A stretch of 49,612 bases of DNA, taken from Erysipelotrichaceae bacterium (GTDB taxonomy: Bacteria > Bacteroidota > Bacteroidia > Bacteroidales > P3). Shown here piece after piece: positions 9,108-18,298 of this stretch. Each line of letters opens with the position of its first letter. The stretch's first letter is position 1. The notes beneath the pieces are model-generated. The model worked only from the letters and a program-made list of their open reading frames with translations. It did not search any database and was not told the DNA's origin. The translations under genes and the position numbers were made by a program. The stretch is from positions 1-49,612 of the forward strand of contig CAVAII010000035.1 of NCBI GenBank assembly GCA_963588535.1. The letters are read 5' to 3'.

Positions 9108-11075
9108 ATGAAGACAATACAGAACGTAAATTTCAAAGGAAAAAGAGTTTTGGTTAGAGTCGATTTCAATGTTCCACAAGACGAAAAAGGCAACATAACA
9201 GACGATACCAGAATACGAGAAGCCTTACCTACAATAGAAAAATTAATGGGTGATGGTGCAAAAGTTATCCTTATGTCACATTTGGGTAGACCAAAGAAAG
9301 GCGGATTTGAGGAGAAATATTCCCTTAAACCAATTGCCGAATACCTATCCAAACTAATCAAAAAACCTGTTGTATTTACCCAAGAATTATTAGGCGATAC
9401 TGTCTATGATATGGCAGATAGTCTAAAAGATGGCGAGGTAATGCTACTGGAAAATGTTCGTTTCTATCAGGGCGAAACCAAGGGAGACGAGTATTTTGCA
9501 AAGCAATTAGCCAAATTAGGTGATGCTTACGTTAATGACGCCTTTGGAGCAGCACATAGAAATCATTCCTCAACGGCAGTTATTGCCAAATTCTTCCCTA
9601 ATGACAAGTATTTCGGCTTGTTGATGCAACAAGAAGTAGAGACGCTTAACAAACTATTAGGCGAGGTAGAACACCCATTTACGGCTATTATCGGCGGAAG
9701 CAAGATATCTACCAAGATGGATATCCTATTATCTCTTTGCGACAAAGTAGATTACCTACTAATCGGCGGTGGTATGCGTTATACTTTTGCCAAAGGTAAT
9801 GGACACAAGATAGGCGAGAGTATATGCGAAGATGACAAATTAGAGGCAGCATCAAGAGTTGTTTATACGGCTAAGAGTAAGGGCGTAAACATCGACTTAA
9901 CGCACGATAACGTAATAGCAGACGATTTCTCTAACGATGCTAACATTAGATATATTCCTGATATGGAGGTGCCAGATGGTTGGCAGGCTATGGATATAGG
10001 CGAGAAGACTATCGCTATGTATGAGGCTATTATCCGTAAGTCTAAGACCATACTTTGGAATGGACCTATGGGAGTGTTTGAGTTTCCTAATTTTGCAAAA
10101 GGTACTCAAGCCATTGCCAAAGCCGTAGCAGACGCAACCGAGAATAATGGTGCTTTCTCTGTAATAGGTGGAGGCGATAGTGTAGCGGCTATCAAACAAT
10201 CGGGTTATGCAGACAAAATCTCTTATATCTCTACAGGTGGCGGTGCTATGTTGGAGTATATCGAGGGTAAGACATTGCCAGGTATTGCTGCCATAGAAGA
10301 GACCGAGACGGCTCAACCTAAGAGAGTTTTGGTTACGGGTGCTACATCGGGTATTGGTAAGGCTTGTGCAGAGAAGTTTGCAGAGAAAGGTTGCGATATT
10401 ATCATTACAGGCAGAAGAAAAGAGAGATTAGAGGCATTGAAAAACGATTTGGAGAAGAAATATAACGTTAATGTCCTTGCTTTGAACTTCGATGTTAGAG
10501 ACAATAAACAAGTAGAGGAGAACCTTAATAGTTTGCCAGCCAAATGGAAGAAAATAGACGTATTGGTTAATAACGCAGGTTTGGCAGCAGGCAAAGACCC
10601 TATACAGTCTGCTTCTTTGGACGATTGGGAGCAAATGATAGATACGGACGTTAAGGGTCTATTGTATGTATCACGCATTGTTTTGCCATGGATGTGCGAG
10701 AGAAAACGTGGTCATGTAATCAATCTATGCTCTATTGCAGGCAAAGAAGTGTATGCAGGAGGTAGCGTATATTGTGCTGTTAAACACGCCGTTGATGCTA
10801 TATCTAAGGGTATGCGTATAGACTGTTTGAAATACAATGTAAAGGTTACTAATGTTTGTCCAGGAGCAGTCGAGACAGAGTTCTCTATGGTACGTTTCAA
10901 GGGTGATATGGCTAAGAATTACGCTACATACGAAGGCTTTACTCCACTAACAGGTGAGGATATTGCAGATACTATTGTATATTGTGCTTTCTTACCGCCT
11001 CATGTATGTATCAATGACTTGGTTATTATGCCAACGGCTCAGGCAAATAGTGGTTTATTCTATAGACAATCTTAA
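9108..11075 (+). CDS. pgk: Phosphoglycerate kinase fused in frame to a YdfG-like short-chain dehydrogenase/reductase
   Basis: Residues 1-~398 are PGK (RVDFNVP, MSHLGRPKKGG, STGGGAMLEYIEGKTLPG). Residues ~405-655 are a classical SDR (VLVTGATSGIGKA, NNAG, catalytic YCAVK). A single 655-aa frame with no stop across the junction at 10290-10325. Confidence 0.85.
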   Translation: MKTIQNVNFKGKRVLVRVDFNVPQDEKGNITDDTRIREALPTIEKLMGDGAKVILMSHLGRPKKGGFEEKYSLKPIAEYLSKLIKKPVVFTQELLGDTVYDMADSLKDGEVMLLENVRFYQGETKGDEYFAKQLAKLGDAYVNDAFGAAHRNHSSTAVIAKFFPNDKYFGLLMQQEVETLNKLLGEVEHPFTAIIGGSKISTKMDILLSLCDKVDYLLIGGGMRYTFAKGNGHKIGESICEDDKLEAASRVVYTAKSKGVNIDLTHDNVIADDFSNDANIRYIPDMEVPDGWQAMDIGEKTIAMYEAIIRKSKTILWNGPMGVFEFPNFAKGTQAIAKAVADATENNGAFSVIGGGDSVAAIKQSGYADKISYISTGGGAMLEYIEGKTLPGIAAIEETETAQPKRVLVTGATSGIGKACAEKFAEKGCDIIITGRRKERLEALKNDLEKKYNVNVLALNFDVRDNKQVEENLNSLPAKWKKIDVLVNNAGLAAGKDPIQSASLDDWEQMIDTDVKGLLYVSRIVLPWMCERKRGHVINLCSIAGKEVYAGGSVYCAVKHAVDAISKGMRIDCLKYNVKVTNVCPGAVETEFSMVRFKGDMAKNYATYEGFTPLTGEDIADTIVYCAFLPPHVCINDLVIMPTAQANSGLFYRQS

Positions 11076-11130
11076 ATATTATTTGTATAAGGTTAGAAAA
11101 CAGATAAATAAGATAAAAAGATAAAACAGA

Positions 11131-12759
11131 ATGATAAGAAAAAAAGGGATTTGTTTGGTTATTATGCTTTGTGCAGTTATTAACCTAATGGCACAAATGA
11201 CCGAATACCAAACACGGACGCATAATCCTTTGTCTTGTACAAGTATAATGGTTGGTAAGGGAGCGTCTACGGACGGTTCGGTTATAACTTCTCATACTTG
11301 TGATTCATGGTATCGCACTTGGATGAATATCGTAGAGGCAAAGGATTACAAAGACAATGACAGCACTGTTATATACGATGGCAGAATGCACACTCAGACT
11401 CCTACTGATAAGACTGGCGTAACGGAAAAAGGCAAGATACCACAAGCAACACACACTTTTCGCTATTTGGACAGTGCTTACCCTTGTTTGAATGAGAAGC
11501 AATTGGGAATAGGTGAGACCACAATATCGGGTAGAGATACTTTGGTTAATCCTAATGGAATGTTCAAGATAGAGGAGTTGGAGAGAATAGTCTTGGAGCG
11601 TTGTTCGACTGCCAAAGAGGCGATATTGTTGATAGGTGATTTGGTTAAGAAATACGGCTATGGAGACGGAGGCGAGTGTTTGACTATCGCAGACAAAAAT
11701 GAAGTATGGATATTTGAGATACTTGGCGAAGGCAAAGACAAAATCGGCGGAGTCTGGGCAGCCGTTCGTATACCTGACGATGAGATAGCAGTATCGGCTA
11801 ATATATCTCGTATATCTAAGTTAGACAAGGATAAAACGAAGTGTTTGTACTCTGATAACGTGTTCGAGGTTGCTAAGAAATTAGGACTTTGGAATGGTAA
11901 GGATGAGTTTTCTTTTTGGAAAGTCTATTCGGGTGCTAACTATTTCGGCGAGAAAAAGAATTACAGCACAAGAGAGTACTTTATTATGAATGCTTTGGCA
12001 CCATCGTTGAATTTGAGTGATACGGTAGAGGAGTTGCCTTTGAGCATTAAGCCAGATAAGAAAGTTAGCGTAGAGGATATCTCTAATCTATTAGGATCGT
12101 ATTATGAAGGCACCAAATACAATTTAAGCGGACGTCATCTAATACCTAACCCTAAGAGAAAAGACAAAGACGGCAATTTGGTAGAGAGAGAGAAGGACAG
12201 CATAGTATCGCCGTTTTCTAATCCTTGGATGCGTCCGGATGAGATAAATATGTATTACGCTATGGGCGACACAGCGATGCAAAACATAAGGACGGTTAGT
12301 GTGCCTTGGTGTGCGTATTCTACTGTGATACAACTAAGAAGTTGGTTACCTGATGATATAGGAGGAGTTGCTTGGGTGGCATTGGACAATCCTGGTGAGT
12401 CTCCACGTTTTCCTATTTTCTGTGGTACGACCAAATTACCTAATATGTTAAGGATATGTGGTCAGCACACAGACAGAGAAGACGCTGCTTTATGGCATTA
12501 TCGTAAGGCAAATCGTTTGGCAACAGTACGTTGGGGTAATTATCGTAAGACTTTGGAACCTGCAAGAGAGTACTTCATTAAGAAAGGTATGAGAGAATTA
12601 TCCTACGTTGAGAAGACGTATCAAGACCTTTATAACAAAGACAAACAAGAGGCTGAAACAATGCTAAATGGTTATGTTGCAGACTTTTTCTTTGCTACAA
12701 TAGCCAAATGGGATGAGTTAGCAAGAGAGTTTTGGCGTAAGACTTGGACAGGATTCTGA
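11131..12759 (+). CDS. C69-family dipeptidase (secreted)
   Basis: Signal peptide, then the nucleophile region LSCTSIMVGKGASTDGSVITSHTCD typical of peptidase C69. 542 aa. Confidence 0.8.
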   Translation: MIRKKGICLVIMLCAVINLMAQMTEYQTRTHNPLSCTSIMVGKGASTDGSVITSHTCDSWYRTWMNIVEAKDYKDNDSTVIYDGRMHTQTPTDKTGVTEKGKIPQATHTFRYLDSAYPCLNEKQLGIGETTISGRDTLVNPNGMFKIEELERIVLERCSTAKEAILLIGDLVKKYGYGDGGECLTIADKNEVWIFEILGEGKDKIGGVWAAVRIPDDEIAVSANISRISKLDKDKTKCLYSDNVFEVAKKLGLWNGKDEFSFWKVYSGANYFGEKKNYSTREYFIMNALAPSLNLSDTVEELPLSIKPDKKVSVEDISNLLGSYYEGTKYNLSGRHLIPNPKRKDKDGNLVEREKDSIVSPFSNPWMRPDEINMYYAMGDTAMQNIRTVSVPWCAYSTVIQLRSWLPDDIGGVAWVALDNPGESPRFPIFCGTTKLPNMLRICGQHTDREDAALWHYRKANRLATVRWGNYRKTLEPAREYFIKKGMRELSYVEKTYQDLYNKDKQEAETMLNGYVADFFFATIAKWDELAREFWRKTWTGF

Positions 12760-12787
12760 TCTTAAAAGAAATGTTTATTTAATATTG

Positions 12788-12830
12788 ACTACCGACTTAG
12801 TGAAATGCTTTGGCGGTAGTTGTTTTTTTT
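12788..12830 (+). terminator. Rho-independent terminator after the dipeptidase gene
   Basis: Stem ACTACCG/CGGTAGT (12788-94 / 12814-20) followed by TGTTTTTTTT. Confidence 0.5.
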
Positions 12831-12841
12831 GGTTTGTTAAT

Positions 12842-12876
12842 AAAAAGACGACTTACGAAAGAAACCGTAAGCCGTC
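12842..12876 (-). terminator. Rho-independent terminator for the minus-strand envelope operon
   Basis: Minus strand: GACGGCTTACG...CGTAAGTCGTC (one mismatch) followed by TTTTT; lies just downstream of the stop at 12907. Confidence 0.5.
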
Positions 12877-12906
12877 GGATCATGAAAAGTTTAAAAATGT
12901 TTTTTA

Positions 12907-14370
12907 TTAGAAACTGATACCAATATAGAAGTATCCGTTGTTATCTTTGATTTTACCATCGATAGGATAGGAGTCCTTCATCATATTAGTAATACCATTC
13001 TTGGTATAATAACCCATAGTGAAATGAGCAATACGAATGGAGATATTCCATTGCCAACCTATCTCATAGCGATTGAAATCGTCCCAACTAACATCTTCGC
13101 CAGCCAAATTAGCCGACAACGTATAATCATAATAAGGACCAACACCCAAGAAGAACTCGAAGCCCTTGTAACCCGTAGTCCACATAATAGACAAAGGAAC
13201 GCTAAGGACATTGCTTTTGTACCAACCATCGTGACGATTAGCGAAGGCTCTCTCGTAGTTAGCGTCTAATTTCAAAGCCCAAGAGTTAGCAACCTGCCAT
13301 TTGTAGAATAGACCAGCACTATAAGACATAGCCGTTTTACCAGTCATACGTCCTTCGGTATAATAATGAAAACTATTGCCAATCATAAGGTTGATACCAA
13401 AATAACTGGTGTTCTTCTCTAGCATTGCATTGAAAGTATCGTTATAAGAAGACTTCTTTTCGGTAGTCGTATCAATAACTATCTTGGTATTAGAAAAAGT
13501 AGTGATAACATTCTCTAATTGAGCGGTAAGTTTTGCCATCATCGGATAGTTTAGATTATCGGCGTTGTCCTCATAAACTCCCATGTTCTCTTCGCTAAGT
13601 ATAGATATTGTAGGGAAGGAAAAATCATCAAGAGTACTAACATAGGTAGGGAAATCAGCATCTTTTAATAATATAGGTTGGAGTATCTTGCTACCGTCCT
13701 TTATCTTGTCGCTAATAGTATAATAGTATTGCATCTCGTCAGGGTCTGTCCCTAGATAGCCGATACCATCAACCAAGAAAGCCATATCGATAGTGCCTTT
13801 GGAGAAATTCTTAGCAAAGAAAGAGTTTTGTGTGTCCATATCAGTACCCTCACTAAAAAGAATAACAAGGTTCTTGTTTAGTTTGTCTTTGTTAGAGGCG
13901 AAATATTTGGCTAACTCTATTGTTAGAGCCGTGGAAGAAGCACCTACATCGGCAGAAGATTTGATTATCTCATAACCTTTGATAGTATCTACACCAAGTC
14001 CTGAGTAATAAGTAGAAAGCAATGTGTATTCATTAGTCGCCGTAGGAGAGGAGACAATAGTATAGAAATTAGTGTAGGTAATATCCGTAATCTCGCCAGA
14101 TGATTGAATGGGATCTCCGTTTTCGTTTGTCCTGGTCTGTAGTTGAGAGTCTTTAACATGGAAGTCATAGACCTGTAAGCCTGCGTCTTTTAACTGACTT
14201 TTGATATACGAGGCTGCGTCTTGTATTTGAGACGATCCTATACCACGACCACGCATATTGTCGGCAGAAAGTACTTGCACATGATGTTTAAGTGTACTTT
14301 CTAAGTTTTGTGCATTTGCCACGGCGATAAAAGCCCAAAGGCAAGCAAATAAGGTTAGTGTCTTTTTCAT
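12907..14370 (-). CDS. M28-peptidase-like domain fused to a C-terminal outer-membrane beta-barrel (porin-family) domain
   Basis: Start at ATG 14370 (MKKTLTLFACLWAFIAVANAQ, signal peptide). M28-like blocks SADVGASSTALTIELAKYF and NLVILFSEGTDMD. The last ~170 aa show alternating aromatic/hydrophobic beta-strand patterns and end in ...YFYIGISF (terminal Phe). Confidence 0.55.
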   Translation of the reverse strand: MKKTLTLFACLWAFIAVANAQNLESTLKHHVQVLSADNMRGRGIGSSQIQDAASYIKSQLKDAGLQVYDFHVKDSQLQTRTNENGDPIQSSGEITDITYTNFYTIVSSPTATNEYTLLSTYYSGLGVDTIKGYEIIKSSADVGASSTALTIELAKYFASNKDKLNKNLVILFSEGTDMDTQNSFFAKNFSKGTIDMAFLVDGIGYLGTDPDEMQYYYTISDKIKDGSKILQPILLKDADFPTYVSTLDDFSFPTISILSEENMGVYEDNADNLNYPMMAKLTAQLENVITTFSNTKIVIDTTTEKKSSYNDTFNAMLEKNTSYFGINLMIGNSFHYYTEGRMTGKTAMSYSAGLFYKWQVANSWALKLDANYERAFANRHDGWYKSNVLSVPLSIMWTTGYKGFEFFLGVGPYYDYTLSANLAGEDVSWDDFNRYEIGWQWNISIRIAHFTMGYYTKNGITNMMKDSYPIDGKIKDNNGYFYIGISF

Positions 14371-14374
14371 ATCG

Positions 14375-15733
14375 TTATTGTTTTGATTTATTTTCTTTGT
14401 TAGTGTCCTTACTCGTACGCATTTCTTCTGCCATTTGTATGCTAATAGGCTGAGTAACATCGTCTATAGAATATTCTATATCGGGTACAACGCCACGAAG
14501 TTTGTCTTTACCAACATTGCGAAGAAAACCAGTTGAGCAAGAAAAATTGAACTTACTCTTAGGAAACTCCAACCTAATAGGGTCGGTATAGACGGCTTTG
14601 ACTTGACATTCCTCACCGATTATAGTAGCATTAGCGTAAGTCTGTAATTGGCTGGCTAAGGTACTGGCAGCGGAGAAAGATCTACGAGACTGAATAACAT
14701 AGACTTCGCCACTAAAACTATTGTCCTTATATGGAACGTTTAGATATCTGCGAGTTTGATAATAATCACCATCTGAGACAGGAGCAGCAAAAGGACCACG
14801 CTGTTTGCGGCGAGGTTTGGACTGCTTAATAACCAAATCCCACGAAAGTTTCCTATCACCACCTTTGAGAAAATGTTTCATAACTTCCTCTTCGTAGGCA
14901 ATCAAACCACCGTTATTATAAGTAATGTCTATGTATAATCGTTTAATCTTGTTTAGTTTAAGAGTATCAAAGACTTTGTCCATAAGGGAAAGAAACCGAA
15001 GTTGATCTTTTAGTTCTTCGGGCATAAAAGTATTCAACTCAAAGACTGCAATCTTACTAACGGTATCCATTTCCAAATGATATACTCTATAACCTTTTAT
15101 TTCGTTTTTGTTATTCTTTGATTTCTTTAACGTAGGCAATGGCGGATAAACAAAAGTAGAAGTAATGTTACTATCCGACACAGCCTCTATAACTATATTA
15201 GTATCCAAAAGATGATAGAAAGAAAAGTTGTTGATTATATCCAAAAAAGTATATAAGTTACTTTCCTCTACAAGATTACGATTATTAAGAAACTCCTCCT
15301 TAATATCCTCGAAGGCTATATTGTTTATCTTTGTTATACGTTGCCTAAAGTTATTTTTATCCCTAAAAAACACGCTATCGTTTATCATAGTGCATTTAGG
15401 CAAAGAGTAAGCCACATCTCTTTGCTTTTTCATCTTATCAGAGATACCAATATGAGTGTGTAAGTCTACGTATTTATTTAGAGAAGAGACAAGTAAGAAG
15501 AAATCTTTTTTGCTCAATGGACTTGTTATTATCTTTTTAAGGCTATCTATCTTACCTTCCCATTCTTTCTCGGTTAGGACAATAAAAGGGTTTGGGTGTA
15601 CTTCTTTCAGGGTATTATAAAAATAATCAATATCTGTGTGCATATCCTTTACGCTTAGGACTTTGTCTTTGTCCTGCGAATATGCACATAGAGTGATTAA
15701 TAGTAGAATAATATACGAAAGAAGTTTTTGCAT
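14375..15733 (-). CDS. S41-family (tail-specific-protease-like) peptidase
   Basis: Signal peptide MQKLLSYIILLLITLCAYSQ. S41-like core YIDITYNNGG and QSRRSFSAASTLASQLQ (serine nucleophile region). There is a 4-nt gap to the downstream gene. Confidence 0.65.
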   Translation of the reverse strand: MQKLLSYIILLLITLCAYSQDKDKVLSVKDMHTDIDYFYNTLKEVHPNPFIVLTEKEWEGKIDSLKKIITSPLSKKDFFLLVSSLNKYVDLHTHIGISDKMKKQRDVAYSLPKCTMINDSVFFRDKNNFRQRITKINNIAFEDIKEEFLNNRNLVEESNLYTFLDIINNFSFYHLLDTNIVIEAVSDSNITSTFVYPPLPTLKKSKNNKNEIKGYRVYHLEMDTVSKIAVFELNTFMPEELKDQLRFLSLMDKVFDTLKLNKIKRLYIDITYNNGGLIAYEEEVMKHFLKGGDRKLSWDLVIKQSKPRRKQRGPFAAPVSDGDYYQTRRYLNVPYKDNSFSGEVYVIQSRRSFSAASTLASQLQTYANATIIGEECQVKAVYTDPIRLEFPKSKFNFSCSTGFLRNVGKDKLRGVVPDIEYSIDDVTQPISIQMAEEMRTSKDTNKENKSKQ

Positions 15734-15736
15734 ACA

Positions 15737-16255
15737 TTATAGATCTAAACTTGAATCGTCTGCGACATCAACATCGTCCAAAGAAGTAAAATTAGCATCG
15801 TCCATATCTTCCTTTGCTATACTTTCTTCAAGCGAGTCAAGAGAAGAATAATCGCCGTGTTTTAGATTAAAGGCCTTATTACCGCCGTTGTCTACATTCT
15901 CAAGCGAGGTTATGGTGCTATCCTTATCATCATCGTCAAGATCCTTATCGAAATCCTCGGTGGTTATCTTGTTATCAACCTTCAAATCCAACTTAACCAT
16001 ATAAACATTCTCATCTGTCTCCAAAGGAACAACGAACATAGGCGTACCATCAGGACGAGTAACTGTTTGAACATGATCCATTAGATCTTCGCTATAAGTC
16101 TCCTCGAACAATTCTTTGTCCTTCTCAGGTAGTTTATCATAACTAATGATTAGTCTTCTTTTTGCGTTATCCTTTGGTTTAGTGGTTGTTGTTGATTTTG
16201 CTGTTGTTTTCTTTGTTGTTTTTGTGCCAGTTTGTTTCTTGTTTGTAGTTGCCAT
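15737..16255 (-). CDS. Hypothetical protein with a basic T/K-rich N-terminus and a strongly acidic C-terminus
   Basis: Start at ATG 16255 (MATTNKKQTGTKTTKK...). The upstream part of the ORF-track frame (16256-16375) contains a terminator and an AT-rich promoter-like stretch. No family recognised. Confidence 0.5.
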   Translation of the reverse strand: MATTNKKQTGTKTTKKTTAKSTTTTKPKDNAKRRLIISYDKLPEKDKELFEETYSEDLMDHVQTVTRPDGTPMFVVPLETDENVYMVKLDLKVDNKITTEDFDKDLDDDDKDSTITSLENVDNGGNKAFNLKHGDYSSLDSLEESIAKEDMDDANFTSLDDVDVADDSSLDL

Positions 16256-16319
16256 TGTGTTATTGTTTAAATTTTTTGCAATATTATAAAAAGTAATTAA
16301 TATAGCACCTTTTTTTTGC

Positions 16320-16354
16320 AAAAAAAAATCAGCAAACATAATAATTCGCTGATT
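16320..16354 (-). terminator. Rho-independent terminator after the sigma/anti-sigma operon
   Basis: Minus strand: AATCAGC-(14 nt)-GCTGATT followed by a T-run (A-run 16320-16328 on the + strand). Confidence 0.6.
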
Positions 16355-16379
16355 TCCAAAAACAAATTTTGTCATTTTT

Positions 16380-17237
16380 TTATTTAATGATTTGAATCAT
16401 TCCTGTGAAATCTTTGTAATAGCCCTCATTTCTCACCCTTAATCGATAAAAATAAACGCCTTCGTCCAGATTTTGTCCACAAAACTCGTTATTATAATTA
16501 TCTTTTTGATAGACTGTCTTGCCGTTGCGAGTAAAGATAATTAGTTTGTTGTCTCTGTAAGACTCTATGCCTGAGATAACAAAACAATCATTTATGCCAT
16601 CGTTATTAGGCGTCATTACGTTAGGTATCTTTATTTTGATTTGATATTGACTATTCTCTCTTTTGTCTTCTCTGTTGGTGTTAGTCGGTTCAACTATTGT
16701 CATCTTATACGGCGTATTAGCAATAGAATCAGCAAGTAAGGTGGATAAATCCTCAAACTTATATTCTTTCTTACTCTCCGTAATATTCTCAACCCCTTCG
16801 TCCTCGATAGCAAAATCTATATTCGGCACAAGGGTCGGTTGTTTATTTGTTGAGGTAGGCAAAGACGTGGAGGAAAGCGAAGCAGTATCCATAGCAGCAG
16901 TAGAGGCTGAGGAAGGATTATTAGACTTCGTGGATAGAGTAGAGGAGGTGGTAGGAGTATCGGACGGCTTATTTACATTATTATATAATAGTACGCCCCC
17001 TGTTATAACGCCAGCACCGACAACGGTAGAGATAACAGCCTTAGATAGAGCGGATAATTTTTTTAGTTTGGTAAATAGGTTAGCCGAATGGGAGGTTGTA
17101 TGGTTGTTTATTGAGGTTGTATCATTATTAGCCGAGGTTGTATTATTTATTCTACTCTCCAACCTATCCCATAGACTATTGTCCACAGACATCTCACTAT
17201 TAGAGAAACTATCCTTAAATAAATCATCTATTTTCAT
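16380..17237 (-). CDS. Anti-sigma-factor-like single-pass membrane protein ending in a T9SS type-B C-terminal sorting domain
   Basis: Overlaps the sigma gene by 14 nt. The N-terminal ~60 aa have no signal peptide (..NSLWDRLESRI..). TM helix AVISTVVGAGVITGGVLLY, then an S/T-rich linker. C-terminus IPNVMTPNNDGINDCFVISG..LIIFTRNGKTVY..GVYFYRLRV matches the gliding-motility-associated C-terminal domain (type-B CTD). Confidence 0.6.
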   Translation of the reverse strand: MKIDDLFKDSFSNSEMSVDNSLWDRLESRINNTTSANNDTTSINNHTTSHSANLFTKLKKLSALSKAVISTVVGAGVITGGVLLYNNVNKPSDTPTTSSTLSTKSNNPSSASTAAMDTASLSSTSLPTSTNKQPTLVPNIDFAIEDEGVENITESKKEYKFEDLSTLLADSIANTPYKMTIVEPTNTNREDKRENSQYQIKIKIPNVMTPNNDGINDCFVISGIESYRDNKLIIFTRNGKTVYQKDNYNNEFCGQNLDEGVYFYRLRVRNEGYYKDFTGMIQIIK

Positions 17238-17793
17238 AACCTTGTCCCCTTTGTTTTTCTAAATTCAGCAAATAATCCCTCAACCTAACCTTAGTTTGAT
17301 ATAGCATACTTTTCAAACTATTGTAATTGATACCAAGTATTTGGCAAATCTCTTGATGAGAATAACCATCTATAACAGACATATTGAAAATAGTTCTCTG
17401 CGAGGTGGATAGGGCTTGCATAGCCGAGACTAAATCTTGTTTAGAGAATCTTTCTTGGTTGTCTATTTCTACTTCTGTGTAATTCTCAAACACTGTCTCG
17501 TCTTGTTTCAGAATTAATTTATTTTTGCCTTTAATAATCGCTATGCAAGTGTTGGCAACTATCCTATATATCCACCCTTCAACGTTATCCGTTCGTAATT
17601 GGTTAATCTTTTCAAATACCGTAATAAAACCATCAATTAGAGCATCTTCCGCATCTTGCTTATTGTCCAAATATCGACAGCAAAGAGAAAACATTCGAGC
17701 AGAAAACCTCTCGTACAGAACCCTTTTTGCTTCTACATCGCCTTGTTTGCACAATTCAACAATCTCATTAATGTCCTTTGTTGCTGATTTCAT
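17224..17793 (-). CDS. ECF-type RNA polymerase sigma-70 factor
   Basis: 189 aa with region 2 (..DAEDALIDGFITVFEKI..WIYRIVANTCI) and region 4 HTH (..GYSHQEICQILGINYNSLKSMLYQTKVRLRDYL). Confidence 0.85.
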   Translation of the reverse strand: MKSATKDINEIVELCKQGDVEAKRVLYERFSARMFSLCCRYLDNKQDAEDALIDGFITVFEKINQLRTDNVEGWIYRIVANTCIAIIKGKNKLILKQDETVFENYTEVEIDNQERFSKQDLVSAMQALSTSQRTIFNMSVIDGYSHQEICQILGINYNSLKSMLYQTKVRLRDYLLNLEKQRGQGYENR

Positions 17794-17857
17794 TACTATA
17801 ATGATACGCCAGAAGATAAAAAGTAAAGTAAAAAGAAAGATTTTTTCTAAATAAAAA

Positions 17858-18298
17858 TTATTTTTCTGTTTTTTCTTTATCCATAATATAGTGTAGAGCC
17901 AAACGATAACTATCTAATCCAAACCCTATTATCGTTCCTTTGCAGACATCGCTTAATAGACTTTCATGGCGAAATTCTTCTCTCTTATAGATATTAGATA
18001 TATGCACCTCGAAACAAGGCGTATCGATAGCCAAAACGGCATCACGAATAACTACCGAAGTATGAGTATAACCGCCTGCGTTAAGGATAATATAATCAGC
18101 CTTTGAGCGTTGCAGACAATTGACTATTTCGCCTTCAAGGTTAGATTGATAATAGTCTATCGTTAAGCCTTCGAAGTCATTTCGTAACTCCGTTAAATAC
18201 TCCTCAAAACTCTTTTGTCCATATATACTAACCTCACGTTTGCCTAATAGATTAAGGTTAGCACCATTGATAATAAGTACTTTCTTGTTATTCATCAT
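17858..18298 (-). CDS. aroQ: Type II 3-dehydroquinate dehydratase
   Basis: INGANLNLLGKRE..IYG, NAGGYTHTSVVIRDA and HISNIYKREEFRH are AroQ signatures. Confidence 0.9.
   Translation of the reverse strand: MMNNKKVLIINGANLNLLGKREVSIYGQKSFEEYLTELRNDFEGLTIDYYQSNLEGEIVNCLQRSKADYIILNAGGYTHTSVVIRDAVLAIDTPCFEVHISNIYKREEFRHESLLSDVCKGTIIGFGLDSYRLALHYIMDKEKTEK

Noticed and set aside
8975-9361. 128-aa minus-strand ORF spanning the corA/pgk intergenic region
   Set aside because: It crosses two promoter boxes and is antisense to the pgk 5' end; no support.
16663-17262. 199-aa + strand ORF
   Set aside because: It is antisense to the anti-sigma-like gene, and the S/T-rich linker read backwards keeps the frame open.
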